A program made the position numbers and the translations under genes. Below, in pieces: positions 35,393-45,778 of a DNA stretch of 64,000 nt. The stretch lies in contig CAVQUX010000015.1 in the NCBI GenBank assembly GCA_963716925.1, positions 308,104 through 372,103 on the forward strand, written 5' to 3'. Every line of letters begins with the position of its first letter. The stretch's first letter is position 1. Under the pieces are notes generated by a model. That model had not been told where the DNA came from, made no database searches, and was given only the letters and a program-made list of their open reading frames with translations. The DNA comes from an uncultured Acidobacteriota bacterium (lineage in GTDB: Bacteria; Acidobacteriota; Vicinamibacteria; Marinacidobacterales; SMYC01).

Positions 35393-35974
35393 ATGATGGT
35401 ACATCGAATCATGTCGGTAGTGAGCCTCGGCGCCCTTCTTACGCTGTCGGCCGGTATAGCCGCGGCGCAAGAGAAGAAATATGAAGGCGAAATCGTCACC
35501 GTCGATACCAAGGACTACACTTTCACCGTCAAGGGTACGGCGAAGGGAGAAGTCGCCGAAATGAAGTTTCACGTCGGCAGGGAGAGCGAAGTTGTCGTCG
35601 ACGGCGAACGGAAGATTTTCGCGGAGCTCGGCAAGGGAGATCAAGTGACCGTCGAGTATGGAACCTCGGACGGAAAGCACACGGTGAAGCGCGCGGAGCG
35701 ACACAAGACCGCCGCGAAGGAGATGGCGCTCACCGGACAGGTGATCGCCGTTGATGCTGCCGCCCACACGTTTACCGTAAAGCGGAGCCAGGGCGGGCCG
35801 GTGGAGGAGATGAAGTTCCACGTCAACCCGACGACGCGGATCTATATCGGGACAGATCATCTCGAGCTCCTGAAACAGCTTCAGAAGGGAGACGACGTGA
35901 CCGTGCACTACATCAACGAGAGCGGAAACCAAATGGTCAGGCACGTAAGCAAGGCGAAGGCCAAGACGACCTGA
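35393..35974 (+). CDS. small secreted tandem-repeat protein (two repeats of about 75 aa), unknown function
   Basis: Signal peptide; repeat 1 EGEIVTVDTKDYTFTVKGTAKGEVAEMKFHVGRESEVVVDGE...; repeat 2 LTGQVIAVDAAAHTFTVKRSQGGPVEEMKFHVNPTTRIYIG... Confidence 0.6.
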   Translation: MMVHRIMSVVSLGALLTLSAGIAAAQEKKYEGEIVTVDTKDYTFTVKGTAKGEVAEMKFHVGRESEVVVDGERKIFAELGKGDQVTVEYGTSDGKHTVKRAERHKTAAKEMALTGQVIAVDAAAHTFTVKRSQGGPVEEMKFHVNPTTRIYIGTDHLELLKQLQKGDDVTVHYINESGNQMVRHVSKAKAKTT

Positions 35975-36122
35975 GCCCGTCAGACCGAGAAGCTCGGGAC
36001 CGTCGCCGCGCCAGCGGCGGCGGTTCCGATGCGGGCTCGAAGAGAACGATAGGAAGAGGTCGTCAGACTAGTCGAAGCCCAAGCTGCGCCTCGGATGTCC
36101 AATCCTCTGAGGGCAAGAAATC

Positions 36123-37520
36123 TTACTCCCGCGCAGCCGCGAGGAGGGCACGTGCGATCGCATCGTAGTTGCCCCCGAAGTGATGCGATCCCTCAAGCGG
36201 CATGAGCTCCCAGCGCGCGGCATCGAGCTTCCGGCAGAGCGAGTCCGTTTCCTCCGTGCCGTAAACGCACAAGAGCCTGGGTGCGGTCAGCTTCTGCGCC
36301 TCGGGGAGCACTGGACGATTGTCGGGTCTCGTCGTCCCCGGAAGCCAATCCGTCAGATGAAATTCGAAATCAACGTCAGGGCTCGGCCCCAGGAGTGCCA
36401 CGACGCGTAGGCGCGCCGCGAGATCCGGAGATAGCCGGTTAGCGAGAAACGGAAGGACGTCCGCCCCGAGGGAGTAACCCACGAGAACCGCCGCCCGCTT
36501 GTTCCACCGGCTGAGATAGTGACTGAGGACGTTCGCCAGATCCGCTGCGGCGCCCTCCGGCGTTCGTCGGGTCCAGAAGTATCGAAGCGAATCGAGCCCG
36601 ACGACGGGGACGCCTTCCGCGGCCATTGCAGAAGCGAGCTCGCGGTCCAATCCGACCCAACCACCGTCCCCGCTCAGAAGGAGGGCGAAAACGTCCGACG
36701 TTCCCTGCGCTTCGACCTCCACGAGGGGCAGCCCGGTGAGATCGACTTCCGCCGGCTTCGGCGCGCCCCGCGGGGGCGTCAAGTCGGCGAACGCCGTCTT
36801 GAACTGCGGCATCCAGTTTCTTTGGACCGAGAACCCGTGCCCCACTTTGTCCAGAAGCACAATACGTGCCCCGCCGACCTTCTGAACGTATTCCTGGACC
36901 GACTTCGGGTCGCACACTTGATCCACGCTCCCCTGAAATGCGATCCACGGCGTTTCGAGGCGAGGCGCTGGCTCGAAGCTCACACCCTTGCCTTTAGGAC
37001 CGGCCTTCCACTCGAGGCCGTTGCCGCGGCAAAGAGGTTTCGTGAGCGGAAGGTCCGGGCAGAATCCCATGCTGATCGCGCCTCCGAACGTACCCGTCGG
37101 CGCCTGGACGAGAATCGCGTACACCAGGGTCGCTCCCGACGAGTAGCCCACGAGGATCGGCGAAACGTAGTTGGGGTATCCGAGCTTCTTCTGAACGAAT
37201 TGGCTCAACGCCTCGAAATCGGCGGCCGGATACGAGCAGGATCCCTTCGCGGACGCGAGCGACTTCTGGTAGGCCGTGATATCGATGCCGACCACGAGCG
37301 CGTCGAGCGAAGCGAGCGCTTCGGCCATGTCGACGACTCCGAGGTTCCAGCCTCCGTCGCCCGAAACGAACAGCACCACGCGTGACGGATGCTGGGAGTT
37401 CCGATACAAAGCGACCGCGCCAAATGGGCCGAACTCGATCGACTCGACGGCGCTCTCCGCGTTCGCGACGAGAGTACCGGCGAGGACGATAGAAGCCAAA
37501 GCGAGTCTGCGGTCCATCAT
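36123..37520 (-). CDS. AcvB/VirJ-family protein with two tandem alpha/beta-hydrolase-like domains (lysyl-PG hydrolase candidate)
   Basis: Signal peptide; two SGDGGW-type motifs (VLFVSGDGGW, ALLLSGDGGW); 466 aa from MMDRRLALASIVLAG. Confidence 0.65.
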   Translation of the reverse strand: MMDRRLALASIVLAGTLVANAESAVESIEFGPFGAVALYRNSQHPSRVVLFVSGDGGWNLGVVDMAEALASLDALVVGIDITAYQKSLASAKGSCSYPAADFEALSQFVQKKLGYPNYVSPILVGYSSGATLVYAILVQAPTGTFGGAISMGFCPDLPLTKPLCRGNGLEWKAGPKGKGVSFEPAPRLETPWIAFQGSVDQVCDPKSVQEYVQKVGGARIVLLDKVGHGFSVQRNWMPQFKTAFADLTPPRGAPKPAEVDLTGLPLVEVEAQGTSDVFALLLSGDGGWVGLDRELASAMAAEGVPVVGLDSLRYFWTRRTPEGAAADLANVLSHYLSRWNKRAAVLVGYSLGADVLPFLANRLSPDLAARLRVVALLGPSPDVDFEFHLTDWLPGTTRPDNRPVLPEAQKLTAPRLLCVYGTEETDSLCRKLDAARWELMPLEGSHHFGGNYDAIARALLAAARE

Positions 37521-37609
37521 TGCTGCGAGCGTCGAGATGGCGGAAGTCTCGAAAGAGCGGCGGAGGATTCCGCCGCCCGCGCCCGTGGCCTCGCCCGCTG
37601 TGCCTTGGC

Positions 37610-37798
37610 TCATAACGTCGAGGTGTTTGAAGGGAGGGCGAGAAGCTGCTCCAGCCTAGTCAGGCGCTCGCTCTGGGCGGTGACGAGCTCGGCGAGAGCC
37701 GCCCACTGATGCTCGCGCGCGGCGTCCAGCTTCTCGTGCAGCCTCATGGTCTCCATCTCGGCACGCCGGTTCACTTCGTAGTCGGTCTTCTCGTCCAA
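37610..37798 (-). CDS. small hypothetical protein (62 aa, helical)
   Basis: ORF only; start not resolved against the downstream AcvB ORF; no recognisable motif. Confidence 0.25.
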   Translation of the reverse strand: MDEKTDYEVNRRAEMETMRLHEKLDAAREHQWAALAELVTAQSERLTRLEQLLALPSNTSTL

Positions 37799-37875
37799 TA
37801 GGTCCTTCGCCCTAGCAAAGGGAAGTTCCGCATTTCCCTATTTTGCCCCTCCGAGACTTCGCGTCGGGAGACTTT

Positions 37876-38862
37876 TCAGCCGCTCTTCTTGTCGTGGCCG
37901 TAGTACTCGAAGGCGGACATCGGCTTTTCGCCCCCGATCTTCCAGGGCCTTCGATCCCGCTCCATCTTTCCCAGCGCGATCGCCATCTCCCGGATGTGCG
38001 TCGCCACGACGCCGCAGCAGGCTCCGATGTAGCGGATGCCGGCGTCGTTCGCCTTTCGGGCGTAGTCCGCCATCTGATGCCGGGACCACTGCAAGGGGTC
38101 GAGCCCCGTAGGAAACTCGGGAAGACTGGTGAAGTCGGGCTTGCCCTTCGGCGTGTGATAGCCGGCGGGCTGGGTCGCGACGTAGACGTCGACCGCCTCG
38201 ACCATCTGCTCCGCGAGCGGAAGCGTGGTGTCCGGATTGCGGAGGCAGTTGATGCCGACGATGTCGCACCCGGCGTCCCGAAGGGCCCGGGCGCAGTCGG
38301 CCGGCGTCTTGCCGTCCGAGGTGACGTCCTTCTCTTCGAAGCTCATGGTGACCATCACCGGAAGCCCCGTGCTCTTCGCCCGCTCGGCCGCGATGAGCGC
38401 CTCTCCGAGCCACGAGAACGTCTCGCCGATGATGAAATCGACGCCGGCTTCGACCTGCTGTCTCAGCTGCTCGTCGAAGGTCGCGGCCACCCGGGCTCGG
38501 GCCTTCTCGCTTCCCTCCTCGTACATCCAGGTGAGGCTCAGGTTCCCGGCGACGAGGCATCGGTCCGATGCGGCGTCGCGCGCGATTCGAACGGCGGTGC
38601 GGTTCAGCTCTTCCACCTTGTCCTCGAGCCCGACGGTCGCGAGCTTGTCGCGGCTCGCGTAGAACGTGAGCGCCTGGAGCACGTCGGCTCCCGCCTCTCG
38701 AAACTCGACGTGGAGCTCGTGGAGGGCCGAGGGGCGCTCGAGCACCACTTCGGGCGTGAACGGGCCGGCTCGCACCCAGCCCCGTTTTTCGAGCTCGAGG
38801 AGGTAGCCTCCATCGCCGAGGACCGGGCCTTCTTCGAGTCGTTCGAGTATGTTCTTCTTCAT
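37876..38862 (-). CDS. homocysteine S-methyltransferase-family protein (BHMT/MmuM-like)
   Basis: Pterin-binding-type TIM barrel pattern with GINCLRNP and GACCG (zinc-binding Cys) motifs; 328 aa; ATGA overlap with upstream gene. Confidence 0.65.
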   Translation of the reverse strand: MKKNILERLEEGPVLGDGGYLLELEKRGWVRAGPFTPEVVLERPSALHELHVEFREAGADVLQALTFYASRDKLATVGLEDKVEELNRTAVRIARDAASDRCLVAGNLSLTWMYEEGSEKARARVAATFDEQLRQQVEAGVDFIIGETFSWLGEALIAAERAKSTGLPVMVTMSFEEKDVTSDGKTPADCARALRDAGCDIVGINCLRNPDTTLPLAEQMVEAVDVYVATQPAGYHTPKGKPDFTSLPEFPTGLDPLQWSRHQMADYARKANDAGIRYIGACCGVVATHIREMAIALGKMERDRRPWKIGGEKPMSAFEYYGHDKKSG

Positions 38863-40469
38863 CGCGATCTCCTCTTGCGAAAGTCTTTCAACGCCTGATG
38901 GGCGGCATTGTAGCCGGGAGCGCCGGTGACGCCGCCACCGGGATGGGCGCCCGCGCCAGCGAGGTACAGCCCCTCGACCGGCGTCCGGTACTGGGCCCAA
39001 CCGGGAACGGGGCGCATGAAGAACAGCTGCTCCAGGCTCAGGTCGCCGTGGAAGATGTTCCCCTCGGTGAGGCCATAGATACGCTCGAGATCCAGAGGCG
39101 TCAGGACCTGCCGCGCGAGGACGCTCCCGGGAACGTTCTTCGCGTAGCGGCCGATGATCTCGACCACGCGGTCCCCGAGCCACTCCCGCTTCTCGTCCCA
39201 GCTTCCCGCTCTCAGGCGATAGGGAACGTACTGCACGAAACAGGTCATCACGTGCTTTCCCGCCGGAGCCAGCGAGGGGTCGACGTTCGACGCCACGACG
39301 CAATCCACCCAGAGGTCCTCGGGGATCTCTCCGAGCTTCGCCTTGTCGTAGCACCGCTCGGCGTACTCCGCTGAGGGAACGAGGGTGAAGAGCGAGCGGC
39401 GGTTGGGATCCGCGTCCGGGGGCATTCCCGTGACCTTCGGCTCCTCCGCGAGCACCAGGTTCACTTTCGCGCTCGGCCCGTCCATCTTGATGCCGGCGAC
39501 GGCGCTCCGAAAATCCTCGGGAAGCGCCTTCGGTTCGACGAGCTTCAGGAAAGTTCTCTTGGGGTCGGCGTTCGAGAGTACGAAGCGCGATCCGATCTCG
39601 CTTCCGTCCTCGAGCACCACACCTCGCGAGGTGCCGTCGTCGACGGCTATTCTCGCGACGGGAGCGCCCGGTCCGGATCTCGACCCCGGCCTTTCGGCAG
39701 GCGGACGCCATCGCCTGGGTGATCGCTCCCATTCCCCCCATCACGTGGCCGTAGAAACCCTGGAGGTCGTGGTCGCCTCCGCTCAGAAGGTGGAACAGGA
39801 GACCGATCGCCGTCCCCGCCTGGTAAGGTCCGCCGTGCTTCCCGTAGACGTTGTTGGCGACGTACATCGTCTTCACCACGTCGGAGGTGAAGTTGCGATC
39901 GAGGAAGTCGCCGAGGCTCCCGGTGAGGAACGAGACCATGCGGGCGATCTCGTCGCCTTTTATGCCGCGGAACCGCCGGCCGATGCGGGAGAGCTCCATG
40001 AACCCGGATATGCCCTTGAGATCCACGTCGGGAGGCGGCTCGAGGAAGAACGGCTGAAGGTAGCGCGCGAGCCTTTTGAGCTCCGAGTCGACGGCGAGGA
40101 ACCGGGCGCCGTCCGTCTTCGAGTAGCGGCTCCATTCGGAAGCGGTGCGCTCGGGATCGGGCCACCAGGGGACGACGTTCCCATCGGGAAACGCGACCTG
40201 CATGCCGGGCTCGCAGGGCACCATCCGCAGCCCGTGCGAGGGAAGATCGAGATCGCGAATCACCTCGGGCCGGAGCATGCTCGCGATGTAGGAAGTGGTC
40301 GAGGCCCGGCAGCCGGGGGCGATCTCCTCGGTGACGGCGCAGCCGCCGACGATGTCGCGTCGCTCGAGGACGAGAGTCGAGAGCCCCCGCGGGCGAGGTA
40401 GAAGGCGGCGGTCAGTCCGTTGTGGCCGGCGCCGATGACGATGGCGTCGTAGCGGGTCTTCGAGGTCAA
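38859..40469 (-). CDS. phytoene-desaturase-family FAD/NAD(P)-dependent oxidoreductase (CrtI-like), 2 frameshifts
   Basis: YDAIVIGAGHNGLTAAFYLARGG dinucleotide fold; C-terminal ...GLYLAGAGAHPGGGVTGAPGYNAA; the listed 948-aa ORF 37876-40722 is a read-through artefact joining this gene, wrong-frame Arg-rich sequence, and the methyltransferase. Confidence 0.65.
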
Positions 40470-40651
40470 GAGGCGGGAGTATATACCGAGGCTCTAGGGG
40501 ACTCCGAGATGGAAGAGGTCGGCCTGGCCCGAAGGGCGGGAGTAAACGAAAGTGGAAAGATCTCGAGAGAAGTCGTAGAGAGTCGTCCGACGCTGGGCCG
40601 TGGAAAACAAACGGCAGCCTGACGGCTACTTCGGGATTTCCCGCCTCTCCG

Positions 40652-43073
40652 TCATTCCAGCTCACGCGGTAGACAGCGGTCTCGAGCTCGCCTGGAAACC
40701 GCGTATAGAATCGAACGACCATCGACTGCGGACCGGACCGTCATCGTGAGAATTCCCGGCACCAAGGGAATGCAGCGCTTTTCCAGGAGGGACACAACGT
40801 AGATTCCCCTGGGTTCGACCGGACGAAGCTCCGAGGAGGAACTTCCCACCAGGGAGGTAATCCGTGACCATCGCGCATCCTTCCAGAATCTTTTCTGCCG
40901 GAGCGCTGTCGGCGCTGACCTTCCAGATGTCCAATCCCTGGGCGCTGGCGTAATGAAAACCTTCGGGTGACCAGACCAACCAGCCCACGAACTCTTTGAA
41001 GAGTCGATATCTCCCTGAGATTGCATTCCGTCCACGCCGACGGTGAAGATCTTGTGGTCTCCCGCGGTGTGGTCGGTAAAGCTGACATGAGATCCGTCGG
41101 GGGACCACGCACCCGTCGTCAGCAGAGCGACGGAAGCAAGTTTCCGCTGGTTTCTTCCATCGATATCCGAAACCCAGAGTTCCATGTCTCCCTGTTGAGG
41201 CGAGGTTTTGAACATCACGCGCTTCCCGTCGGGGGAAACGATCGGCTCGGACGCCCACTCGTTCACGAGGTCGATTGTCGCGCCCGTCTTCGCGTTATAA
41301 GCAGTCAGACGACCGGAGGTCTTTCCGCTCACGAAATAGAATCCATTCCCCGAAGGATCGGCCATGGGCGAAAAATCCGGACCAGGCCCGAACGTGAGTT
41401 GAGTGAAGGTGCGCTTGCCGAGGTCGTACTTCCAGATGTTGGTGAGATTCTGGACCGTTCGATTGAGAAGGAGAGTCTCGCCTGGCTCGCCCCATTCCGC
41501 GCTCGTCAGGAAGTCGAGGGTACCCAGGTCCTCGGCCGTACGGGATTCTCGATTGACTCTATGGAGCTGAATTCCCGGAGAACCCGAAGGACGCGTGCCT
41601 GCTAAGAGATGCTTCTGATCGGGATAGAGAAGGTAAAACTCAAGAAAATCTTCGAATCGGTATATCTCTTGCTCGTTTAGTCCCGAGCTCGAAGACTGGA
41701 AAATGGCGCGGCGCTCCCATTTTGTGTAGTAGAACGTGCTTCCATCGCTCGACGGTATCAAGCCGACGCCCGTGACGAGTGGTCGAGGGGCGCCTCCGAG
41801 TGTGGGGACTGCCCATTCCTCACCTCTGCCCAGCGTTTGGTAGTAGATCTCTGTTCCGTCTGGCGAGAAGCCGTCGACGAAGCTTGTCGCCCCCATCCCG
41901 GGTCAACTGCAAGGGCTCCCCGCCGGAGGTCAGCATGACGAATACTTGAAGGACGGAAGAGACGTACGAGCCGAAGGCCACGGTGTGACCATCCGGCGAA
42001 AGCACAGCCCACTCCATGATCTTGTTCCACCGGCTGATTTGTTTCAGCTGTGGAGGAGGCGAAGGCCGGGAAGTCCAGAGCCAGTATCCCGCCCAAACGA
42101 GGGCGAGGAGAACGGGGATCACGGCAGCCATCCGGAATCGAGAACCGAAACCGGAACGGCGCGGTTGCGGCTGCGCGACACGATCGCCCCGATTCCAACT
42201 CCCGCTTCAGCCGCTTCAAGTCCGTGCGAAGCTCGGCGGCGGTCTGGTAGCGTAGGTCCCGATCCTTCTCCAGGGCCTTCGAAACGATCTTCTCGAGCTC
42301 CGCCGGCAGCCGCGGATTTTGCTTCAGGATCGATGACGGCTCACGGTTCAGGACCGCCTCGAAAATCACCGCGGACGTGTTTCCCGGAAAAGCTTGTTGA
42401 CCCGTGGCCATTTCGTAGAGAACGGCGCCGAGCGAAAAGACGTCCGTGCGCGAATCCAGCTCTTCGCCCGCGAGCCTGCTCGGGCGACATGTAGGAAACC
42501 GTTCCCACCGCGGCGCCCGGGCTCGTCAAGAGTCTTTCGGCTGTCGCCGGACGTCGAATCCGCTGCTTTGCCCGCCGATCATGCGGACGAGCTTGGCGAG
42601 ACCGAAGTCCAGAATCTTCGCCTGGCCCCTCGGCGTCACGAAAAGGTTCGCGGGCTTCACGTCGCGATGGATGATTCCTTTCGCGTGAGCCGCCTCGAGA
42701 CCATCGGCGATTTGGATTCCCAGCTCCAGAATCTCCGCGGTTCCCAGGGGCCCGCATCGACCAGCTGCTTGAGGGTCTTCCCCTCGAGGTATTCCATCAC
42801 GATGAAATGGGTGGACTCGCCGCTCTCGGAGCGGACGCCGGTATCGACGTCGTGGATGGTGCAGATATTCGGGTGATTGAGGGCGGAAGCCGCACGCGCT
42901 TCCCTCTGAAATCGTTCGAGGGCTTGTGGATCCTGCGAAAGCTCCTCGGGCAGAAACTTCAGAGCTACGCGGCGGCCGAGCTTCGTGTCCTCGGCGGAAT
43001 AGACGATGCCCATTCCGCCCCCGCCGAGGCGCTCCAGGATTCGGTAGTGGGAGATTCGATTGCTTGGGAGCAC
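40652..43073 (-). CDS. Hanks-type Ser/Thr protein kinase with TM segment and C-terminal TolB-like (PD40/WD40) beta-propeller, at least 5 frameshifts
   Basis: [24 protein letters not shown]; HRDVKPAN.., [16 protein letters not shown] in shifted frames; [20 protein letters not shown]; repeated SPDG motifs in the propeller. Confidence 0.65.
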
Positions 43074-43203
43074 GGCGGCACCCGGGTTGGCTGCGACAGT
43101 CTAGAAACGGGGATTCGGGATGTCAAACGGCGCGATTCTCTCGCCGCCATACCGGGTCTCGCCTTCGGGGCGTGATATTCTATTAGACAAATGTCGTTGG
43201 ATT

Positions 43204-43435
43204 ATGCCGCGCAGTTCGTGCGCGACCCAGGATCTGCGGCGGGGAAACAGTATTCCGGGGGACTCGGGTGCTGCTTCGCACCGTGCTGGCCGATCTCGCC
43301 GACGGCGCGACCATCGAGCAGATCCTGAAGGACTTTCCCAGCCTCAACGAGCAACAGGTGCGGGCCGCCATCGCCTTCGCGGCCGCCGCGGCCCGCGATG
43401 ACATGCCCGTGCCCTCCATCGTTGACTCCCGGTGA
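43204..43435 (+). CDS. DUF433-family protein (putative antitoxin), possible frameshift near the start
   Basis: RICGGETVFRGTRVLLRTVLADLADGATIEQILKDFPSLNEQQVRAAIAFAA; the only upstream ATG (43204) is in frame +1 relative to the conserved body. Confidence 0.5.
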
Positions 43436-43794
43436 GGCTCAAGGTCGACGAGAATCTGCCCGCGCGACTCGTTTCCGTCCTTCTCGAGCTGGGTCATGAC
43501 GTCGACACCGTCGTAGGCGAGGGCCTCAAGGGCGCGCAGGATGTCGACCTGTGGCCGGCGGTCCAGAAGGCGGAGCGATTTCTGATCACCAAGGATCTCG
43601 GATTCTCCGACGCTCGACGTTATCCTCCGGGTACCCACCGCGGCATCCTGGTGTTCCGGCTGTCGGATGACCGCAGCGCGGTTGTCGCTAAGAGGCTCGA
43701 GCTCGTGTTCCGTGGTGAAGCGGTCAACGGCTGGAGCGGCTGTCTGGTCATCGTGACGGACCACAAGGTTCGTGTTCGACGCGCTAGCGTCTGA
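43432..43794 (+). CDS. DUF5615-family PIN-like putative nuclease (toxin partner of DUF433)
   Basis: GTGA overlap with upstream gene; MRLKVDENLP...LITKDLGF pattern typical of this family. Confidence 0.5.
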   Translation: MRLKVDENLPARLVSVLLELGHDVDTVVGEGLKGAQDVDLWPAVQKAERFLITKDLGFSDARRYPPGTHRGILVFRLSDDRSAVVAKRLELVFRGEAVNGWSGCLVIVTDHKVRVRRASV

Positions 43795-43840
43795 ATGCAG
43801 ACGAACAGGCGGCGTCCTCATACGCGGCCGCTGCGGAAGG

Positions 43841-45778
43841 TTACCCCGTTCTCACGCTCGAGAGTCCTGTCTCTCTCATTTTCTTGAGCGGAAGCCAGAC
43901 GAAGAGATAACCCAGCACCGGATAGATCGCGAGCCCGAGGGGATAGCTCGGCGTGATGCCGGCGAGCCGCTCGCGGAAGGCTGCGATCGCCGGGACGAAA
44001 TCCCCTCCGAGAACGACGAACGCCAGGGCGACCGCCATCAGCGACTCCCCGGCGATGAGGCCGGAGGAGAGGAGCGTCCCGACGTTCTCCGCGCGCACTC
44101 GCTCCTCGGCGGATGCCTTCCGCCCGTGGAGCAGTTTGTCGAGCGCGAGTCGGAAGAGACCGCCCACGAACATCGCCGCGGTGGACTCGAACGGCAGGTA
44201 CATCCCCACGGCGATGATCATCGGCGAGGGCGCTTTGACGAGTATGAGGGCAAGCGCCAGGAACATCCCCGCGATCACCAGAGGCCACGCCATCTGGCCG
44301 CTCACGATCCCGTTCGCCATGAGCGCCATGAGCCCCGCCTGGGGCGCGGGAAGCGCCGCCGAGCCGATTCCGTAGACCTTGTGGAGCGCCATCAACGGAA
44401 ACGTGAGAACGAACGACGCGCCGATGACCCCGAGGATTTCCGCCACTTCCATGCGCCAGGGAGTGCCTCCGAGGATGTGCCCGATTTTCAGGTCCTGCAT
44501 CATGTCCCCCGCAATCCCCGCGGCGCAGCAGATGACCCCCGCGACTCCGAGCACCGCGGCGACCCCCTTGATGTCGGTGAGACCGACTCCGACCATGAGA
44601 ACCGCCGCGATCAGTAGCGCCGAGAGCGTCAGCCCGGAGATCGGGCTGTTGGATCCCCCGATGAGGCCGGCGAGGTAGCCGGCGACCGCGGAGAAGAGGA
44701 ATCCGAGGATCACCATGACGAGAGTGAGAAGGAGCGCGCCCCCCACCGAACCGGCGAAGTAGTAGTACAGGAGAAAGGTAGCTCCAGTGGCGACGCCGAC
44801 TCCGAGGGCGGTCTTCGTGAACGAGAGGTCGAGCTCGGTCCGATCGGTGACCGTCTCGGCCTGCGCCCCGATGTTCTTGAGAGCCTTGCCGATTCCCGCA
44901 GTGAGCGAGCCCCTGAGGTTGTAGAGCGTCTGAAAGGCGGCGACGATCATCGTCCCCACGGCGAGGGGACGCACCTGGCGCAGCCAGACTTCATTGGCGA
45001 GGTCGCTCCCAACGGGACCCAGCGACGGGTTGAGGAAGAGCGCGAGAGGCACCAGAACCAGCCAGCCGGTGACGGCGCCCGCGAAGAGCACCGCTGAAAT
45101 CCGCGGGCCCACGATGAATCCGATGCCCATGAGGGCGGGGGAGAGGGCGGGGGCGGCGACGTGGAACCCTCCGCTGTACGAGATCTCCTTTTCCGCGATG
45201 CGGATAGTGGAGCGGCTGAAATGGAGGAACCGGCTCGTGGTGTCGGCGATGAAGTGGATTCCGTTCGAGTTCTTGAAGAGCTCAAAGAGGGCTCCGAGCC
45301 CCATGGCGCCGAACACGAAACCGGCGCCGGTCTGGCCTCCCTGACCCGCTTTGTGGATCTCGGCCGCGGCGACGCTCTCGGGAAACGGGAGATCCGACTC
45401 GACGACGAGCGTTCGCCTCAGAACGATGATGAACAGCACGCCGAGGACGCCGCCGATGAGCATGATGAGCGTGCTCTCCCAGTAGTGGAGCTCCGTCCAT
45501 GCGCCGGCGATCACGAACGCGGGGATGGTGAAAATCGCGCCCGCGACCAGCGCCTCTCCCACCGAGGCCGCGGTGCGCGCGATGTTCTCCTCGAGAATCG
45601 TTCCGCGAAAGGGCCGGAGGGCGGCCATGGCGACGACCGCCGCGGGAAAGGTCGCCGAGACGGTGAGTCCCGCCTTCATGCCCAGGTACGCGTTCGCGGC
45701 GCCGAGCACCACGGCCATCAGCACGCCCAGGAAAACGGCTTTGAACGTCAGCTCCCTATCCACGAGCGCGACCTCCAC
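43841..45778 (-). CDS. OPT-family oligopeptide transporter
   Basis: 645 aa, about 16 TM; OPT-superfamily pattern; intact ORF. Confidence 0.7.
   Translation of the reverse strand: MEVALVDRELTFKAVFLGVLMAVVLGAANAYLGMKAGLTVSATFPAAVVAMAALRPFRGTILEENIARTAASVGEALVAGAIFTIPAFVIAGAWTELHYWESTLIMLIGGVLGVLFIIVLRRTLVVESDLPFPESVAAAEIHKAGQGGQTGAGFVFGAMGLGALFELFKNSNGIHFIADTTSRFLHFSRSTIRIAEKEISYSGGFHVAAPALSPALMGIGFIVGPRISAVLFAGAVTGWLVLVPLALFLNPSLGPVGSDLANEVWLRQVRPLAVGTMIVAAFQTLYNLRGSLTAGIGKALKNIGAQAETVTDRTELDLSFTKTALGVGVATGATFLLYYYFAGSVGGALLLTLVMVILGFLFSAVAGYLAGLIGGSNSPISGLTLSALLIAAVLMVGVGLTDIKGVAAVLGVAGVICCAAGIAGDMMQDLKIGHILGGTPWRMEVAEILGVIGASFVLTFPLMALHKVYGIGSAALPAPQAGLMALMANGIVSGQMAWPLVIAGMFLALALILVKAPSPMIIAVGMYLPFESTAAMFVGGLFRLALDKLLHGRKASAEERVRAENVGTLLSSGLIAGESLMAVALAFVVLGGDFVPAIAAFRERLAGITPSYPLGLAIYPVLGYLFVWLPLKKMRETGLSSVRTG

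Noticed and set aside
37876-40722. 948-aa ORF that would be a giant oxidoreductase-methyltransferase fusion
   Set aside because: Only the two ends match known families, and they are in different genes. The middle 300 aa is Arg/Pro-rich wrong-frame translation of the oxidoreductase. The true ATG of the methyltransferase at 38862 overlaps the oxidoreductase stop (ATGA). This is a read-through artefact of high GC plus frameshifts.
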